In this document: piece after piece, positions 61,045-64,000 of the stretch
How positions within the stretch are numbered: position 1 is the first letter of the stretch
Layout of the letters: each line of letters begins with the position of its first letter
DNA from: Amoebidium appalachense
Lineage: Eukaryota; Protista; Ichthyosporea
Reading direction: 5' to 3'
DNA: 64,000 nucleotides
Assembly: GCA_963693365.1 (NCBI GenBank)
Contig: CAVNZM010000001.1
Location: forward strand, 5,162,907 to 5,226,906
Notes under the pieces: generated by a model
The model's database searches: none
The model's input: only the letters and a program-made list of their open reading frames with translations
What the model was told of the DNA's origin: nothing
Program-made: the position numbers and the translations under genes

Positions 61045-61122
61045 AAAATTTCAAAGCGCCATGGCATAAACTCTCATTAGAAAGGCTGAAATAACTCGAG
61101 TGCCAGACCGGCTTTCCCGCGC
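61045..61122 (-). promoter_or_regulatory. Putative KMT5 promoter with CDE/CHR-like and E2F-like motifs
   Basis: Minus-strand GGCGCTTTGAAA (61049-61060) and plus-strand TTTCCCGC (61113-61120) lie 300-370 bp upstream of the ATG. These are motif matches only. Confidence 0.35.
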
Positions 61123-62824
61123 AAGGGTTTGGCAGGGTTCAGAGGTGGACCAGACACAGCTATATCTGTAATAAGCGAGGACACTTGCTATGTGGACTAC
61201 CGTAGTCAGAAGATTCGTGGCCGTACAAGGGCTACTTGTACAGAAACAGACGATACAAGAACGCTACAGCTTTACCAAAAATCTTCGCTAACTCATACTA
61301 CACAAGCTTGGACACTGTGTAGGCAAGGTGCACTGGTCACACAGTGACACACACTGTGCAGAGGCACTTCGCGCGCCGAAACGTTTCCTGCCGGCCGGTT
61401 GGAATCCCTCGATAGTGTCGGCTTCAGTAACGCGCATTTGAGAGTGTCAGTCCACGCACATATTATTCGAGTCTGCCACTTAAAAGAATTTGTTATGCTT
61501 GAATTATGCTTACATATAGCTTCTATTTTTGATATGGATCTCTTTGTCTTCATATTTTGTTCTTCCTATTCGAGCTGACGTAAACTCAAGCTATATCAAC
61601 TTACAGCTCCATAGTGCGGAAGATACAAACGAAAATGTGATTTACTCAAGGGGTGGGTGACAAGTGGCGGCCGGCCGCGGCTTCTGGTGGGACGTGAACT
61701 CGTTTCATTTCAAGCCCTTTTTATCTTTTTTTCATGTTAACTGTTGCATGCATTAGCGTTATACTTCTGTAATTGGTTGCGTATGTATGTTATTCTTAAT
61801 ACATCAGTCGCCTACAGCACCCAGACATAAACGAACAAGAGACCGGTCACTTCGTGACACTCGGGAACTTCAACGTTGACACCACATTCCAGATCTATTA
61901 TGCAATACTTGCGCAAAGAAAACACTTTGATTGGCCTAAACTGTAGCACACGCACCGCGCATTCCAATCGATCCAGCCCGGCACGCATGTGCCCCGGGCC
62001 GCTGCCAGCTGCCTTGAACGGCAGACGGCGGCCACTTCCGATTTCCTTTTTGTCCTCGGACCTCGCACAGAGTCGAGTCTTTTCCAACTCGCAACCATGG
62101 TAATAACCCCAGAGGACAAGCTGGAAATGTAGTTGGATTAGGTGCTTTTCGTTACGGCAGGGATGGAGGAGGCATCAGGGACGCGTATGAGGATGGATGG
62201 AAGGTGGATGAGGGATGATACAAGGCGGATACACAGCTCGGGGGAGTCGGGCGACATAGGAACATCGCTCGGTGGGAAATTATAGATGGGGAAATTGATG
62301 AGCATGTCATTTACATGTTGTGAGTCGGATCGCTGCAAAGGGCGATGCAACCATAGGTTTACGCGCAGAATATTTAGGTTATGGAAACTTATCTTAGCAG
62401 CAACCGTAGCAGGCTATAGGTATTTCTTGCAGCTGGGTAGACTACAAGCACAGGCACTTGGGTCAACTGGACTTTTTTCGAACGGCCATTTATTGAATGG
62501 GACTGCACAATACGACGGCACAGCATGGCGGTATGGTACAGAATGTACTACGGGAAAATTGGCAGTGACAGTGGTCCGGGGCAAACCTCACTCTCAGCTG
62601 CATGTTCGCTGAGTTGGACAAGGATGACCCTGTGGGACTCATAACGTTACATGCACTCAACGGAACAGTGTTTATGGGGGAACAATTTCTGTCGACGAAA
62701 CTGGGAGTCACTGAACTTCGGCACCAGCCCACGATTAATCCACAGAGCGTCTCGGGCTGCTCACGGTAGTTCTGCATTCGTATTTTGGTGTTTAGCTTTG
62801 AGCGGCAGGCACGTCTTTTGAAAT

Positions 62825-62997
62825 ATGGTACAGACGTGCAGCGTAGCACACCAGGTCAAAACGGCAGCTCAGCACCGTGAAGGCAGGTGTGCAATGAGCG
62901 ATTGTTGACTTTTTCCTGCTCTCTGCAGAGTGAGGGGACAGCAAGCTTGCGCACCAGGAAGTTCCTGACCAACCGCCTGCTTCAGCGCAAGCAGATG
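62825..62997 (+). CDS. RPS24: 40S ribosomal protein S24 (eS24), exons 1-2 only; remainder presumably beyond 64000
   Basis: ATG-only exon 62825-62827 followed by GTACAG (inferred). Acceptor TTGACTTTTTCCTGCTCTCTGCAG. Exon 62929-62997 encodes SEGTASLRTRKFLTNRLLQRKQM then GTACGT, matching the eS24 N-terminal motif RTRKFMTNRLLQRKQM. No VIDVLHPG-like exon is seen in the window. Confidence 0.85.
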
Positions 62998-64000
62998 GTA
63001 CGTGTTCCCCCCCTTTCTCCTTTTTTTTACGTGAGGGGGTTGCAGCAGCACAGGTACAGCATTGATGGGATCTCAGGAACGTTGGATGCAGGTCAGCTGG
63101 ATGCGGCTGGCTGCTGTAAGGACGTTTTTTTCCGATACCACATCCGGTTTTAGCAAGCAGCACCATGGTGCAACCATCAAGCCAGCACCTCTCCTCCGCT
63201 CATTGGTTTCAGTGGCCTTTGCTTTTTGCAGCTTGTATAGGGTTATTGTTTCAACAATACGGCCAACACCTTTTCCTCATTTTGTTTCGGTGGAAAGTAT
63301 TTTCATTTTCGTACAAATACTACGCATTTGGAGAACGGTTCGGCTACTTCGTGAATATGCAGAGGGATGGCGACCGACATTCAGCAAAGACTCAAATGCA
63401 ATTACCTGAGTTGTGGTAGAGCTATTTATTACAGTTTATTGCACGTCCGTGAGCTAGTTTGTTGGAAATGAGATGCATGTTCAAGTGGAACATCGAGGGC
63501 TGTCTGCATCGCACTGTCAAGTGTGCAGTGCTCCCCAGAGCGTGTAGATGCAGTTTCTTTTGCTTTTAGTAGTGTGGGAGGGAGAAGTTATGAGTCATGT
63601 GGTGAAGGTTGTCAGGGCTCATGTTTGCACACGTGGGAAGGAAACGGGTGTGTGCCAGGGGTGTTGAAACGACTGATGAGGACTTGGGGCGCATGTAGGG
63701 AGGAGAGGGGACATGCATTGTGTGCATTGCATGTGATAGATATGGCAGCGCAGGATTTCTAAATGGGCGTTACATTAGTGTTCAGTTTGTTCGAATGGAA
63801 TGGTGGGGGTCGGTTGGTTGTGTTTGTGTTTTGTTGAAACAGAGAGCATTTGCACGAGAGAGGCGTGTGCTTGCGATGGCCAAGTCAGTGGGAGTAGGCA
63901 GTAAGTAGTTTTCGAAAGACTAGTTGTGTTCTGTCCTATGCATATGCCGGACCGGAGTTCCTTTTGTGGAGGATTTGCTGATGAAAATGCGGCTGTGAGT

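Overview
Eukaryotic nuclear DNA, not prokaryotic. It is very intron-rich, and the introns are packed with G/C homopolymers (about 20-35 nt) and (CA/GT)n, (CT/GA)n and (GCGT)n microsatellites, so almost all of the supplied ORF track is repeat artefact. Splicing exons by hand gives four multi-exon genes and one intronless gene. These are: KNTC1/Rod (minus, ATG ~22515, running off the left edge); a secreted intronless trypsin with (AKPAVP)7 repeats (plus, 25072-26331); a complete ARMC1 (minus, 8 exons, 32529-40675); a ~1550-aa Suv4-20/KMT5-type H4K20 methyltransferase fused to a PWWP-like module, AT-hooks and an FCS zinc finger (minus, 13 exons, 43646-60751); and the first two exons of RPS24 (plus, 62825-62997). 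Also present are an intronic tRNA-Val(CAC), two TIR/TSD-defined MITEs and several satellites. A dispersed, structured ~240-bp intronic repeat family always lies in the host-gene sense orientation and usually ends in a poly(C) run. Gene content suggests a unicellular opisthokont/holozoan (inference only). The most interesting signals are the microsatellite/homopolymer-flanked splice sites, the structured poly(C)-terminated repeat family and the KMT5 domain architecture. All homology calls are from recalled sequences, not from searches.
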